In this document: one piece after another, positions 6,455-15,824 of the stretch
How the letters are laid out: the number at the start of each line of letters is the position of its first letter
Numbering within the stretch: the first letter of the stretch is position 1
Notes under the pieces: generated by a model
What the model was told of the DNA's origin: nothing
The model's input: the letters and a program-made list of their open reading frames with translations, nothing else
Databases searched by the model: none
Made by a program: the position numbers and the translations under genes
Source: Massilicoli timonensis
GTDB lineage: Bacteria > Bacillota_I > Bacilli_A > Erysipelotrichales > Erysipelotrichaceae
Direction of reading: 5' to 3'
NCBI RefSeq assembly: GCF_900199515.1
Contig: NZ_LT963434.1
Location: forward strand, 1,233,272-1,265,271
DNA length: 32,000 nt

Positions 6455-8872
6455 CTATTCCGTTCTCAATCGATCCACCAAAGTATCTTTCTCAATGGAT
6501 CGGCTAACCCCATAGCTAATGCAAATCTGCAATCCGACGAGCAAAATGGAGAATAAAAGAATCGGGAATATATTAAACTCAAAAAGGATAAATTTCAGAG
6601 CCAATACCTTATTTGCCAAATAGCATAGCAAAGCACCTACTGTAACGCCCAAAAAGGTTGCCAATATTGCAGACTTTACACTAATGCTCATTCCCTCTCG
6701 GTAAAGCATTTTTCTTAGTTGTTGATTTGTCATTCCAACTGCCTGTAAAAGCGCAAATTCCCGTTTACGGACAATAGCGCTGCTGATTAGCATATTCACC
6801 ATATTTAATAGCCCGAAAAGAATTACAAATGCAGAGATACCATACAGACTGCTTGTGGTTGCCTTTATGAATCATCTAATTGTAGAAAATTCTTCATCGT
6901 AAATTTTGAGCCTCAAATTCGGATTTCCGCTTATAAGCGCCATGATCCCATCTTGAACAGCTTCCCTATAATCCGGGTCGCAAAAAACGGATAAATGTGA
7001 TGTATTATTATAAGGGGAAAGTTCTGCTATTGCTTCGCTGGTACAATAGAACAACCCTGTTGATGGGAAGTACGCAATCCCGGCAACGGTAAAAGTTTTT
7101 TCAATGTTTTTTCCGGAAACATCAAAATGGAATAATAGTGTATCTCCAATTTTCAGATCGCCATAGTTTGTATCACTTCGATCTGTACGGTATTTATTGA
7201 CAACTATGCCATCCAGACCGACTTCATCATAATTGATTGTACCGTCCACAAGTTCACTTGCATTAGCAACAAGTTCTGGTGATAGACTGTTTACAATTTC
7301 TAAATTGTCCTCTGGCGAATCGTAGACAACTTTTGATTCTACTAAGCGGCCCACGACACATCCATCCAATACAATCTTTTCTACGCCGGGAATTTTATAT
7401 ATTTGTGCCTGCAAATCCTCTGATAGAGGATTGTCTTGAATGATAGTCGGAAAACGCTCATAAAAGTTATCCATCTGTATGCCAATCTGGAAATCCTCGT
7501 CTAATGGATAGCTTTGTCGCAACATAGCCGGAAGATTGATGGAAGAAATAAGGATAGCTAATGCAATCATCAAGGTTCCACTAATACTCAATGAAATAAT
7601 TGACATACGGTTTTTCTTCTGATTCATTTTCAGGTTGCTTTGCGCCAAAGTATTTGGTGTAATCCGCTTCAATGTTTTGTGTCCTTGTCTGGCCTTTTCC
7701 CCTTGAAATTTCATTGCTTCAATAGGAGAAGTTTTGGCAAGAAGTTTCGCCGGCTTTCTCAAAGCGAACTTGATAACAGCAAAAATCAAGAAACCAGACA
7801 ATAAAACAATCGCCATGTCATATAAAAGCCATTGCACCCCGGAGAGAATAACTACAATCAAAATAGAAATCAATGCTCCCAAAGGGATAAACCGTAATGC
7901 CAGTAAATTCCCCTGCATTTTCAAAAAGTAACGCAACTGTTTTTTCGTCGTCCCTAATGAAATGAACTGGGCATACATCGGCATCGAATTGACAATGGAA
8001 ATATAAAAAATACTGTAAATTACAAAACTGCTGGCGAACATAATGAATATCGCAAAAAAGATAATACCGACCACCACAGCACCATCAATATAGATTCCAT
8101 CAATATATCTGTCATTTAATATGATGTCAAAATCTTCAATACCTTCGGCTTCGCCTTTACTTTTCAAAAAATCTTTTTGAGTGTCAGGACTCATATCGGC
8201 TTTTTCCGAATTAAGTGAAACTAATACATCAACCGTCGTAGCGGTTTGCGTGCTGTAAGTTAAAGAAAGCTCGCTGTACTGCTTTGCGTATTCTGTGCGG
8301 AAACGATCAGAGGTCAGAATATAAAACTGTTTTCCTTTTTCCTGTGTTTTGTTTTGGATAATGCCACAAACAGTAAATGTGTTTTCTTTCAATTCATTTG
8401 TCAAGGTGTCTACATATTCAAAGGAAAATGTATCACCTAATACCAATTTGTGAATAGACAGATAAGTTTCAGATACAAGTACCTCTGTGTTATTTTGCGG
8501 CAGGTTTCCATCCAGCAGTTCAAAGCCCAAAAGGGACATTGCCGGATCATCCATGTATGCCAGATCAGTGCGCCCATCATCGTTCACAATATTACCAAAA
8601 GTTTTGTAAACACCAACTGCTTCAAAATCATTATCGGTCTGTAACTTATTTTTCGTATCTTCGCTCACAGCGCGAAACATAGCATGATAAGGTGCTTGTG
8701 TGGATTGTTTCAGTGCGTCATTTACTAAAATCGAAAAGACGGTTGCCATTAGGCAAGTCGCAATTACAATAATAATTGCAGTGATTAAAGTCTTGAGCCT
8801 ATGTTCCTTTAGGTCAGCTTTCGCCAGTTTCTTTATAATAGTGCTGGTATCATTTTCAAAAGGCCATGTCAT
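6455..8872 (-). pseudogene. FtsX-family ABC permease (BceB/MacB-like, 805 codons) interrupted by a single in-frame TGA at 6872-6874
   Basis: ORFs 6872-8872 and 6455-6802 are in the same frame. The 69 nt between them read through cleanly (FIKATTSSLYGISAFVILFGLLNMVNMLISSAIVRKREFALLQAVGMT, an FtsX domain). The N-terminus has the typical TM1 plus large extracellular domain. Confidence 0.75.
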
Positions 8873-8886
8873 AGCCTGCCACCCCC

Positions 8887-9552
8887 TTACTCCACGATCT
8901 TGCCGTCCTCAATGCGGACAATCCGATCTGCAAGACGGGCAATGTCGTTGTTGTGGGTAATCATCACAACAGTTTGCCGGAACTCCGCGCTGGTACGCTT
9001 GATAAGCCCCAGCACCTCGGCGCTGGTCTTGCTGTCAAGGTTGCCGGTCGGCTCGTCGGCCAGCACAATAGCCGGTTTGGTAATTAGGGCGCGGGCAATC
9101 GCCACACGCTGCTGCTGGCCGCCAGAAAGATTGTTCGGCATATTTTTCAGTTTATCTTCCAGCCCCAGCAGGTGAACAATCTCGTCCAAAAACTTCTGAT
9201 CCACCGTATCCCCGTCCAGCTCCACCGGCAGGACAATGTTCTCATATACATTCAGGATGGGAACAAGGTTATAGTTCTGGAAGATAAAGCCGATGTTGCG
9301 GCGGCGGAAGATGGTAAGCTGTTCGTCGTTCATTTTCGACAGCTCTTTGTCCCGGACAATCACATTGCCGGAAGTGGGGGTGTCCAGCCCGCCCATCATG
9401 TGAAGCAGGGTGGACTTGCCGCTGCCAGAAGTTCCCACAACGGCCACAAACTCGCCGTCCTCCACGGAGAAGTTCACGCCGTCAAGGGCGCGGGTGATGT
9501 TCGGCTCTGTGCCGTAATACTTTTTCAGGTCAATCGTCTGTAAAACGCTCAT
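8887..9552 (-). CDS. ABC transporter ATP-binding protein (BceA/MacB-type)
   Basis: Start MSVLQTIDLKKYYG at 9552, behind AAAGGAG. Walker A GTSGSGKST, signature LSGGQQQRVAIARAL, Walker B VLADEPTGNLD. Confidence 0.9.
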   Translation of the reverse strand: MSVLQTIDLKKYYGTEPNITRALDGVNFSVEDGEFVAVVGTSGSGKSTLLHMMGGLDTPTSGNVIVRDKELSKMNDEQLTIFRRRNIGFIFQNYNLVPILNVYENIVLPVELDGDTVDQKFLDEIVHLLGLEDKLKNMPNNLSGGQQQRVAIARALITKPAIVLADEPTGNLDSKTSAEVLGLIKRTSAEFRQTVVMITHNNDIARLADRIVRIEDGKIVE

Positions 9553-9594
9553 ATTCAAAACTCCTTTCAAGGCTTCCTGCCTGTTGATAAGGCT

Positions 9595-9684
9595 ATTGTA
9601 AAACCCAAATGTCCGCGAAATGTTACAGCGGCCAAAAAATTTCATTGAAAATCGGGGTGAAATGTTACAACGCTCGGACATTTC
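9595..9684 (-). promoter_or_regulatory. Response-regulator-box promoter of the ABC operon (copy 1)
   Basis: AAATGTCCGCGAAATGTTACAGCGG (9607-9631) lies 6 nt from a TACAAT -10 (9595-9600, minus sense). The inverted site GAAATGTTACAACGCTCGGACATTTC is at 9659-9684. The 25-mer is identical to 11496-11520. Confidence 0.5.
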
Positions 9685-9698
9685 ATTTTATTTCTGCA

Positions 9699-9721
9699 CT
9701 TCGGGCCAACTTGACCCGAAG
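9699..9721 (-). repeat. ICE hairpin repeat copy 4
   Basis: Plus strand CTTCGGGCCAACTTGACCCGAAG, 13 nt after the histidine kinase TGA stop. Confidence 0.85.
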
Positions 9722-9734
9722 TAGAAAGTTCCTC

Positions 9735-10766
9735 TCAACGCAAAGGAAGCATAATGGAAAATTCCGAACCCTTACCTGGCTCCGAAACCACTTTGATATA
9801 GCCGCCCTGCCGCGTTACGATCTCGCGGGCCAGATACAGGCCAATACCCACGCCCTGCTGTTCGTGTACTTCTTCCTCACGATAGAAGCGCCGAAAGATG
9901 GCGGCCTGATTGCTTTCGGAAATGCCCTTGCCAGTGTCGGCTACTTTGATTTCTACATACATTTCCCACAGCACCACCGACACCGTGATTTTCCCGCCTG
10001 CCGGGGTGTACTTTACTGCATTATCCAGCAGATTAAAGAGGGCTTCGGATGTCCACTTGCTGTCATGGGAGAGGGTGAGATCTTCCGGGCAGTCCACGGA
10101 CACAGCGATTTGTTTTTTCTCCGCTGCATACACGATTCCGCTCATGGCCTGCGCCACGGTATCAAATAGACGGCCCGGCTTCTTATCCAACTGAATCACA
10201 CCCGTTTCCAACCGGGAGGTTTTCACAAGGGCTTGAAAAAGAAAGTCCAGCTTATCCGTCTGGCTGCGGATTCCACGGATAAAATCGGTGCGCTCCGCCT
10301 CGGTCATTGGCTTTTCCAGCAGGGTGTCCGTTGCCATTTTCAGGTTACTTACCGGCGTTTTCACTTGATGGGAAATATCTGATACAAGGGTCTGTAGCTC
10401 CTGCCGTTCCTCGTCCACCCGGCGGCGGTTCTCCTGCATGATCTGGTAAAGCCTTGTCAGCCGGTGTCCGATTCTGGCAAGCTGGGTTTCGCTGTCCTCC
10501 GGGCGCTGGGGTGCTTCATTTCCGGCAATCATGTGGTCTAAGGTCTGGCACAGGTCAGCGGTAAACTGCGACAGCCGCTTTCCAAACACCTGTGTCAGTA
10601 CAAAAATTCCCACAAGGGCGCACAGTAGCAGCGCCCCGCCCGTCAACAGCACCGCCGTCTGTTTTGTCACAAGAAACAGAGCTATGGTGATCCCGGACAT
10701 GGAGAGGACAAGCCCTATTACCACCCGGCCAAACAGCCGCTTTACCGAGAGGTTTTGAAACTTCAT
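9735..10766 (-). CDS. Intramembrane-sensing histidine kinase (BceS-like)
   Basis: Likely start MKFQNLSVKRLF at 10766, overlapping the regulator stop (AAATGAAG). It has two N-terminal TM helices with almost no loop. H-box SDISHQVKTPVSNL and ATPase motifs NLLDNAVKYT, DTGKGI, GVGIGLYLA. Confidence 0.9.
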   Translation of the reverse strand: MKFQNLSVKRLFGRVVIGLVLSMSGITIALFLVTKQTAVLLTGGALLLCALVGIFVLTQVFGKRLSQFTADLCQTLDHMIAGNEAPQRPEDSETQLARIGHRLTRLYQIMQENRRRVDEERQELQTLVSDISHQVKTPVSNLKMATDTLLEKPMTEAERTDFIRGIRSQTDKLDFLFQALVKTSRLETGVIQLDKKPGRLFDTVAQAMSGIVYAAEKKQIAVSVDCPEDLTLSHDSKWTSEALFNLLDNAVKYTPAGGKITVSVVLWEMYVEIKVADTGKGISESNQAAIFRRFYREEEVHEQQGVGIGLYLAREIVTRQGGYIKVVSEPGKGSEFSIMLPLR

Positions 10767-11455
10767 TTTGCCTCGCCTCCCGTCCATTGATAGCCCATGC
10801 CGTAAACGGTCTTAATGTAGGGTGCGCCGCCGTCGGATTCAATCTTGCTGCGAATCCGGCTGATGGAGGTTGTCAGGGTATGTTCGTCTACAAACCTCTC
10901 GTCTATATCCCACAACTTTTCCAAAAGCTGCCCACGGGTCAGCACTTGCCGGGGATTTTTACGGAACAGGTTCAGCATTTTGTACTCCATCGGGGATAGG
11001 GACAGAGGCTTGCCGTTTAAGGAAGCCGTCTGCTCCGAGAAGTCCAGAAACAGCCGCCCGTCGTCGTAAATGTCCTTGGCCGGTTTGTGGTGTTCCAGCA
11101 TGGCGAACATAGCTTTGATTTTCCGCTGCAAGGTCCCGATCACAAAGGGCTTTGTGATGTAGTCCACCGCGCCCACCTCATAGCCTCGTATCTGGTCGCT
11201 CTCCTGATCGTTAGCGGTCAGGAAGATTACAATGGTGTCTGGGTGCTGGGGCTTTATCAGCTTGCACAGCTCAAAACCGTTCCCGTCCGGCAGGTTAATG
11301 TCCAGCAGCACCAAATCAAATTCTCGCTGTCGGATGGCGTCGGCTGCGGTTCTGGCGTTTAGGACAGAAGTCACGCCGTAGCCGTCTACGGTCAGGTTAT
11401 AGGCCAACATCTTATTCAAAAAACTGTCGTCCTCGACAATTAAAATCTGCTTCAT
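10763..11455 (-). CDS. OmpR-family response regulator (BceR-like)
   Basis: Start MKQILIVEDD at 11455, behind AAAGGAAGTGAGG. Receiver domain (DLVLLDINLPDGNG) plus winged-helix output domain (LSPMEYKMLNLF...VDEHTLTTSISRIRSKI). Confidence 0.9.
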   Translation of the reverse strand: MKQILIVEDDSFLNKMLAYNLTVDGYGVTSVLNARTAADAIRQREFDLVLLDINLPDGNGFELCKLIKPQHPDTIVIFLTANDQESDQIRGYEVGAVDYITKPFVIGTLQRKIKAMFAMLEHHKPAKDIYDDGRLFLDFSEQTASLNGKPLSLSPMEYKMLNLFRKNPRQVLTRGQLLEKLWDIDERFVDEHTLTTSISRIRSKIESDGGAPYIKTVYGMGYQWTGGEAK

Positions 11456-11483
11456 ATCCTCACTTCCTTTGCTTTTTGCAGAT

Positions 11484-11520
11484 AGTATAACAGGCAAATG
11501 TCCGCGAAATGTTACAGCGG
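11484..11520 (-). promoter_or_regulatory. Response-regulator-box promoter of the two-component operon (copy 2)
   Basis: AAATGTCCGCGAAATGTTACAGCGG (11496-11520) lies 6 nt from a TATACT -10 (11484-11489, minus sense). Confidence 0.45.
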
Positions 11521-11562
11521 ACGGATTTTTTCAAAAAATCTATCAGCAAAATATAGCTCTAT

Positions 11563-11609
11563 TAAAAAAGCAGCACCAAAGAAGATATTTTCATATCCCC
11601 CCGGTGCTG
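11563..11609 (-). terminator. Probable terminator of the GntR-ABC operon
   Basis: Minus strand CAGCACC-N25-GGTGCTG followed by CTTTTTTAAT. The loop is large. Confidence 0.4.
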
Positions 11610-11617
11610 TTTATATA

Positions 11618-11740
11618 TTATTTCAGCTTATCCTTATTATCTTCTTGTTTCTTTTTATCCCGATATTTCCGTATGAGTTTATTACGGATAGGAACGCCAA
11701 CGCCAATCAGAAGAACTACCGCTAAAATTGTGAAATCCAT
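11618..11740 (-). CDS. Small single-pass membrane peptide (40 aa)
   Basis: MDFTILAVVLLIGVGVPIRNKLIRKYRDKKKQEDNKDKLK. Strong RBS GAGGTGA 5 nt before the ATG. It follows the ABC-2 permease directly. Confidence 0.5.
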   Translation of the reverse strand: MDFTILAVVLLIGVGVPIRNKLIRKYRDKKKQEDNKDKLK

Positions 11741-11750
11741 ATTGCTCACC

Positions 11751-12398
11751 TCACATTTCTTTATTTTCCATAATCCGAATGGAGAACCAGATCGACACAA
11801 CATACATGACAACGACGAGTACAAGCACAAGACCGATCAGCAGTACCGGGGAACTTACAACCGTAGTCACAAAGGGATTGTCTGCGGGCATCTTGGGCAG
11901 GAAAAACAAGGTCGCCAAAAATCCAGCCACAGGAATATACATGAACACACGGCCTTTAATGGCTCCATATTTGTAATAGCCCGGAATTTGAAATACGGTA
12001 TAGAGGGCAAACAGGAACAAACCGCCAATGGCCGCACTGATCATATCAAATGCTCCAACACTTTCACCCATTGCGCGCAGCACAATCGGCTGTGTGATAA
12101 GAGAAACCACCAGAGCCATCGCGCCCAGCGCAAGAACAAAGAGATACCGGCCTGTTACCATTTCGCTTTTCTTGATGGGTAAAATCCCATACAAACGCTC
12201 CATGCTGTTTTTCTCTGTTACCGAGAAAGTGTAGCCTGTGGTCATGGCGATAAAGCACATGGCAAATGAAACGCCGGTCAGGATGGAACGGTTAATGGCC
12301 GCAAAAGCGATAGGAAGAAGCATGGTAAACCCGATTACCTTGATATAGGGCTTTACCAGCGAAAAGTCCAATTTTGTTGCTTTTAATGTATTACTCAT
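11751..12398 (-). CDS. ABC-2 type transporter permease
   Basis: Likely start MSNTLKATKLDFSL at 12398, overlapping the ATPase stop (TATGAGTAA). Six predicted hydrophobic helices. Confidence 0.8.
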   Translation of the reverse strand: MSNTLKATKLDFSLVKPYIKVIGFTMLLPIAFAAINRSILTGVSFAMCFIAMTTGYTFSVTEKNSMERLYGILPIKKSEMVTGRYLFVLALGAMALVVSLITQPIVLRAMGESVGAFDMISAAIGGLFLFALYTVFQIPGYYKYGAIKGRVFMYIPVAGFLATLFFLPKMPADNPFVTTVVSSPVLLIGLVLVLVVVMYVVSIWFSIRIMENKEM

Positions 12399-13251
12399 AA
12401 TCGTCACCTTTCTTGCTCGTGAATACAACGATTTCATCAATGGTCGCCGGTTCAATGCTCAAAGGGGAAAAAGCGCCCGTATCTTCGGTCTTGACAAGAG
12501 CCTCAAAGCCCGTAGGGAATGTACGGACACCGACCGCTTTTTCCTTCAGGTCAGCAGACAGTTCTTCTGTTCCTCCTTTGACAATGCGGAACATATCGAC
12601 AAATTCATCCTTGCTGCCGCTGAAAAACAATTCTCCATAGCTGATATAAGTGATATAGTCCGCAGCGCGTTCCAGATCGCCGGTAATATGGGTGGAGAAC
12701 AGTACACTGTGTTCTCCGTCCTCGATATATTCCGAGAGAATTTGAAGCAGTTCATCTCTGGAAACCGGATCGAGGCCGCTGGTGGGTTCGTCCAGGATCA
12801 GCAGCTTTGCATCGTAAGAGAACGCACAGGCCAGCATCAACTTCATCTGCATCCCCTTTGAGAGTTCTTTCACTTTCTTGGTGGGAGCAATATGGAACTT
12901 CCGCAGCATCTCGGCAAACCGTTCCGACTTCCAGTTGGGATAGAAAACGGAGATGGATTTCTCTACTTGTGTTACCTGCCAATCATCGCTGAAATAGTTG
13001 GTATCAAATACAACACCGAGTTCCGCTTTTGCTTTCTGCTCGTCAGCGATATTATCCAGCCCCATGATCTTGATTTCGCCGCCGTTGCGCTGGAGCATAT
13101 TCAGAATGAGTTTGATAGTGGTTGTCTTGCCGGAGCCATTTGGCCCGATCAGCCCCATAATATATCCCTTTGGCAAAGTGAAGCTGATGTTGTGAAGCTG
13201 GAAACTGTCAAAGGATTTCGAGAGGTTTTTAACCTCTAAATAGTTAGTCAT
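12391..13251 (-). CDS. ABC transporter ATP-binding protein
   Basis: Walker A GPNGSGKTT, signature LSKGMQMKL, Walker B LILDEPTSGLD. Its start overlaps the GntR stop. Confidence 0.9.
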   Translation of the reverse strand: MTNYLEVKNLSKSFDSFQLHNISFTLPKGYIMGLIGPNGSGKTTTIKLILNMLQRNGGEIKIMGLDNIADEQKAKAELGVVFDTNYFSDDWQVTQVEKSISVFYPNWKSERFAEMLRKFHIAPTKKVKELSKGMQMKLMLACAFSYDAKLLILDEPTSGLDPVSRDELLQILSEYIEDGEHSVLFSTHITGDLERAADYITYISYGELFFSGSKDEFVDMFRIVKGGTEELSADLKEKAVGVRTFPTGFEALVKTEDTGAFSPLSIEPATIDEIVVFTSKKGDDYE

Positions 13252-13627
13252 CTGTATTCGCCTCCAATAAAATATCTAAAAGACGGTGCAGTTCCTCATT
13301 TGGAAGATTTGCTATTTTTGCCGCCTTGATTGCATCGGTCAACCCATTTTCTACTTTGCAGATAAGTTGCTCTCTCATTAGTTCAGAGCCACGGCCCATG
13401 ACAAAGCAGCCGCGCCCCTGGACATTTTTGACAAATCCCTCTTGCTCTAATTCTGTGTAAGCCCGTGTAACTGTTAGGACGCTGATTTTCAAATCTTTTG
13501 CCAGCGTTCGGAGGGAAGGTAAGGCTTCGTCCTCTTTCAGTTCTCCAGATAGGATTGCCGCCTTGACCTGCTGCTTAATTTGCTCGTAGATGGGTACGCC
13601 TGATACATTTGAAATAATTAGTTTCAA
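13244..13627 (-). CDS. GntR-family (YtrA-like, short) transcriptional regulator
   Basis: 127 aa. Winged HTH LPSLRTLAKDLKISVLTVTRAYTELEQEGFV. It is the first gene of a GntR-ABC-ABC2 operon. Confidence 0.9.
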   Translation of the reverse strand: MKLIISNVSGVPIYEQIKQQVKAAILSGELKEDEALPSLRTLAKDLKISVLTVTRAYTELEQEGFVKNVQGRGCFVMGRGSELMREQLICKVENGLTDAIKAAKIANLPNEELHRLLDILLEANTDD

Positions 13628-13653
13628 TCCATCTCACCTTCTTGCTGTTTTAA

Positions 13654-13677
13654 CTGTTATACTATTATATATAACAG
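13654..13677. promoter_or_regulatory. Palindrome CTGTTATA-N8-TATAACAG, candidate GntR operator
   Basis: A perfect 8-bp inverted repeat in the AT-rich region directly upstream of the GntR gene start. Confidence 0.4.
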
Positions 13678-13795
13678 CATAACACAATAAGAGCAAAATG
13701 GCAAGTGCATATTAGGTAAAATAATTTAGACCACAATATAAAATTTCATTACATTCTCATAATCTGACCCGAAATGTACAATGATATAGGGTGAT

Positions 13796-14161
13796 ATGAG
13801 AATGAACCAAGATGAAAGAAGGTTTGACTTTCACGGGCTCGGGCTGGCTCTGAAACAAGCCAGAGAGGAAAAGGGCTGGACGCAAGCCTATGTGGCGGAG
13901 CTGGTCGGCAAGACTGACCGCACCATTATGAACATTGAGAACAAAGGCCAGCACCCCAGCTTCAACCTGTTTTTCAAACTCGTCACTCTGTTCGATATTT
14001 CCGTAGATCAGTTTTTCTATACAGAAGGTCAGCGTGGAGAGAACAGTTGCAGAAAGCATATTGATGTGCTTTTAAGCTCGATGAATGAGAAAGAGCTTGT
14101 TGTTATGGAGGCCACAGCCGAAGGGCTCAAGAAAGCCAGAGAAACGGAGGTTCAAGAGTAA
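13796..14161 (+). CDS. XRE-family HTH regulator
   Basis: 121 aa. HTH_3 pattern LKQAREEKGWTQAYVAELVGKTDRTIMNIENKGQHPSFNLFFKLV. Divergent from the GntR operon. Confidence 0.85.
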   Translation: MRMNQDERRFDFHGLGLALKQAREEKGWTQAYVAELVGKTDRTIMNIENKGQHPSFNLFFKLVTLFDISVDQFFYTEGQRGENSCRKHIDVLLSSMNEKELVVMEATAEGLKKARETEVQE

Positions 14162-14177
14162 GAGCCTCCGTTTTTTC
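14145..14177 (+). terminator. Intrinsic terminator of the XRE gene
   Basis: ACGGAGG-N14-CCTCCGT followed by TTTTTT. Confidence 0.7.
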
Positions 14178-14272
14178 ATGCCATTTTGAGGGCTGCCGCT
14201 AAGTGGCAAGCAATGCCTCCGTGGCCACAAAGGCCCGGACGCTGCTTGTTGGGGCTCGCCCCAAACCCGTAT

Positions 14273-14295
14273 CTTCGGGCCAACATGGCCCGAAG
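14273..14295 (-). repeat. ICE hairpin repeat copy 5
   Basis: Plus strand CTTCGGGCCAACATGGCCCGAAG (consensus), 34 nt after the relaxase stop. Confidence 0.9.
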
Positions 14296-14329
14296 TATTT
14301 GCGTCGCTTTGCTCCTTGTTTTCATAACC

Positions 14330-15745
14330 TCAACGCTCCTTTTCCTGCTTTCTGCCCGGCTCGGTGTAGCCCAGCAGAGTATCAATATTTACCTTGATGG
14401 TGACGATCTCCTGCATATCCCGGCGCGCTTTCTGATACTCTCCATAAAGGCGCTTTTTCTTTGCCGTGAGCTTACGGCTTTCCTCCTTCAGCGCATCCAT
14501 TTTCGGGAGCTTCGCCCCGCCCAGCAGACGGCGCATTTCCGCCTGTGCCGCCCGGTACAGTTCAATATCGGCCTCATGCTCCGCAAGGAATTTCCGGCTG
14601 TACTTGGTAGCCTTGTACTGCTCAAAGACCGAGCGCGTTTTTGCATACTGAACCGTTGCGGCCTTTAGCCCGGCGTTGGTTTTCATGGCCTGTTCCGTCT
14701 GCTTGATCTGCTCGGAAAGCGCATGGAAATGGTCGGTTGCCTCGGTGGCTTTCTGCGCCAACTGCTCATAATCAGTCAGGCCGTTGTCCTGTATATAGGC
14801 AAGGGCGGCGGCCATCTGCTTGATGTTGAACACCTTCGCCCACCGCTCGTAGCCCGGCCCCTTTCCGGCAGCCAGCTTTGCTTGAATATCCACCGCCAGA
14901 CTGATTTTTCGCTCCGGGCGTCCGGGGCGTTTTTCTTTGCCCTCAATGGCGGCAAGAACATCTTTCAGATCGTAGCCGTCCCCAAGCGTAGAGGCCCGCA
15001 GACGGGTAAAGCGTTCCTGCCCCTGGCCGGTCAGCCGGAAGCTGATACCACCGCCCCGAACCTTCTTGACTTCATATCCGGCGCGCTTCATCAGGCCGAG
15101 AAATTCGTCCAGATCGGCGGGGCGCTCCGCCAGCGCAGTATCAATGGCAAGGCGCAGCCGGTCCTGATACGAAAGCGGCCCTTTCCGTTCTTTCTGCCAC
15201 TCCCCATAGTTCCGGTATTTTCCCTTGCTCCGGGGCTTCGGGTTCTCTACAATAGACAGCCCGTTTTCAAGGCACAGTCTGTCGGAGAGCCGCCGGAGGG
15301 CGAAGCTGGAGCCCCAGAAGTTTCGGAATTTCCGGGTGCAGTCAAGGGTGGTGGAGTTGTAATAGATGTGACAATGGATGTGCTGGCGGTCTGTGTGCGT
15401 GGTAACGATAAAAGCGTGCCGCCCCTTCGTCCAGCGCATAGCCAGCTCATAGCCGATACGGTTCGCCTCCTTCGGGGTGATCTCTCCCGGATAAAAGGAC
15501 TGTCGTATTTGATAGCACAGCACATCATTGGCCTTTTTCTGTTCCCGGCCTGTCATGGCGGCATAGCTGGCTTTCGCCAAAAGAAACTCGTCCGCCACGG
15601 TGGCAGGGTCGCACTCATAAGCGGAGATATACTTTCCGCTTTCTGTTTTTTCCGGGTTTTTACCATAGTCCAGACAATCCCGGATGGCCTCGGCAATCGT
15701 TTCTCCTTCGCCCGCATGGCGCTGCAACAAAGTTGTGGTAGCCAG
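14330..15745 (-). CDS. MOB-type relaxase (MobA/VirD2 relaxase domain)
   Basis: The histidine triad region HTDRQHIHCHIYYNS is followed by a long coiled-coil C-terminus. The track ORF starts at TTG 15730. A well-spaced RBS AGGGAGGG sits 7 nt before a CTG at 15745, giving (M)ATTTLLQRH. No in-frame ATG or GTG is available. Confidence 0.85.
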   Translation of the reverse strand: MATTTLLQRHAGEGETIAEAIRDCLDYGKNPEKTESGKYISAYECDPATVADEFLLAKASYAAMTGREQKKANDVLCYQIRQSFYPGEITPKEANRIGYELAMRWTKGRHAFIVTTHTDRQHIHCHIYYNSTTLDCTRKFRNFWGSSFALRRLSDRLCLENGLSIVENPKPRSKGKYRNYGEWQKERKGPLSYQDRLRLAIDTALAERPADLDEFLGLMKRAGYEVKKVRGGGISFRLTGQGQERFTRLRASTLGDGYDLKDVLAAIEGKEKRPGRPERKISLAVDIQAKLAAGKGPGYERWAKVFNIKQMAAALAYIQDNGLTDYEQLAQKATEATDHFHALSEQIKQTEQAMKTNAGLKAATVQYAKTRSVFEQYKATKYSRKFLAEHEADIELYRAAQAEMRRLLGGAKLPKMDALKEESRKLTAKKKRLYGEYQKARRDMQEIVTIKVNIDTLLGYTEPGRKQEKER

Positions 15746-15766
15746 AAATCATCCCTCCCTTCTATG

Positions 15767-15795
15767 AAAAAAGGGCGGCCCGTCCAGACCGCCCC
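15767..15795 (-). terminator. Intrinsic terminator-like hairpin between hairpin copy 6 and the relaxase RBS
   Basis: Minus strand GGGGCGG-N9-GCCGCCC followed by TTTTTT. Confidence 0.5.
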
Positions 15796-15797
15796 GA

Positions 15798-15820
15798 CTT
15801 CGGGCCAACATGGCCCGAGG
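15798..15820 (-). repeat. ICE hairpin repeat copy 6
   Basis: Plus strand CTTCGGGCCAACATGGCCCGAGG, 4 nt after the TAA stop at 15825-15827. Confidence 0.9.
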
Positions 15821-15824
15821 CTGT

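Noticed and set aside
6872-6874. TGA recoding (an alternative genetic code or selenocysteine) as the explanation for the in-frame stop in the permease
   Set aside because: Many well-defined genes in the window terminate at TGA at the expected length (recombinase, sigma-like protein, histidine kinase, hydrolase). I see no SECIS-like hairpin immediately downstream of the stop.
13766-13775. Half-site TGACCCGAAA upstream of the XRE gene, resembling the right arm of the hairpin
   Set aside because: No left arm lies within reach. A single 9-10-mer match is weak evidence. It might mark an old cargo insertion point, but I cannot support that from this window.
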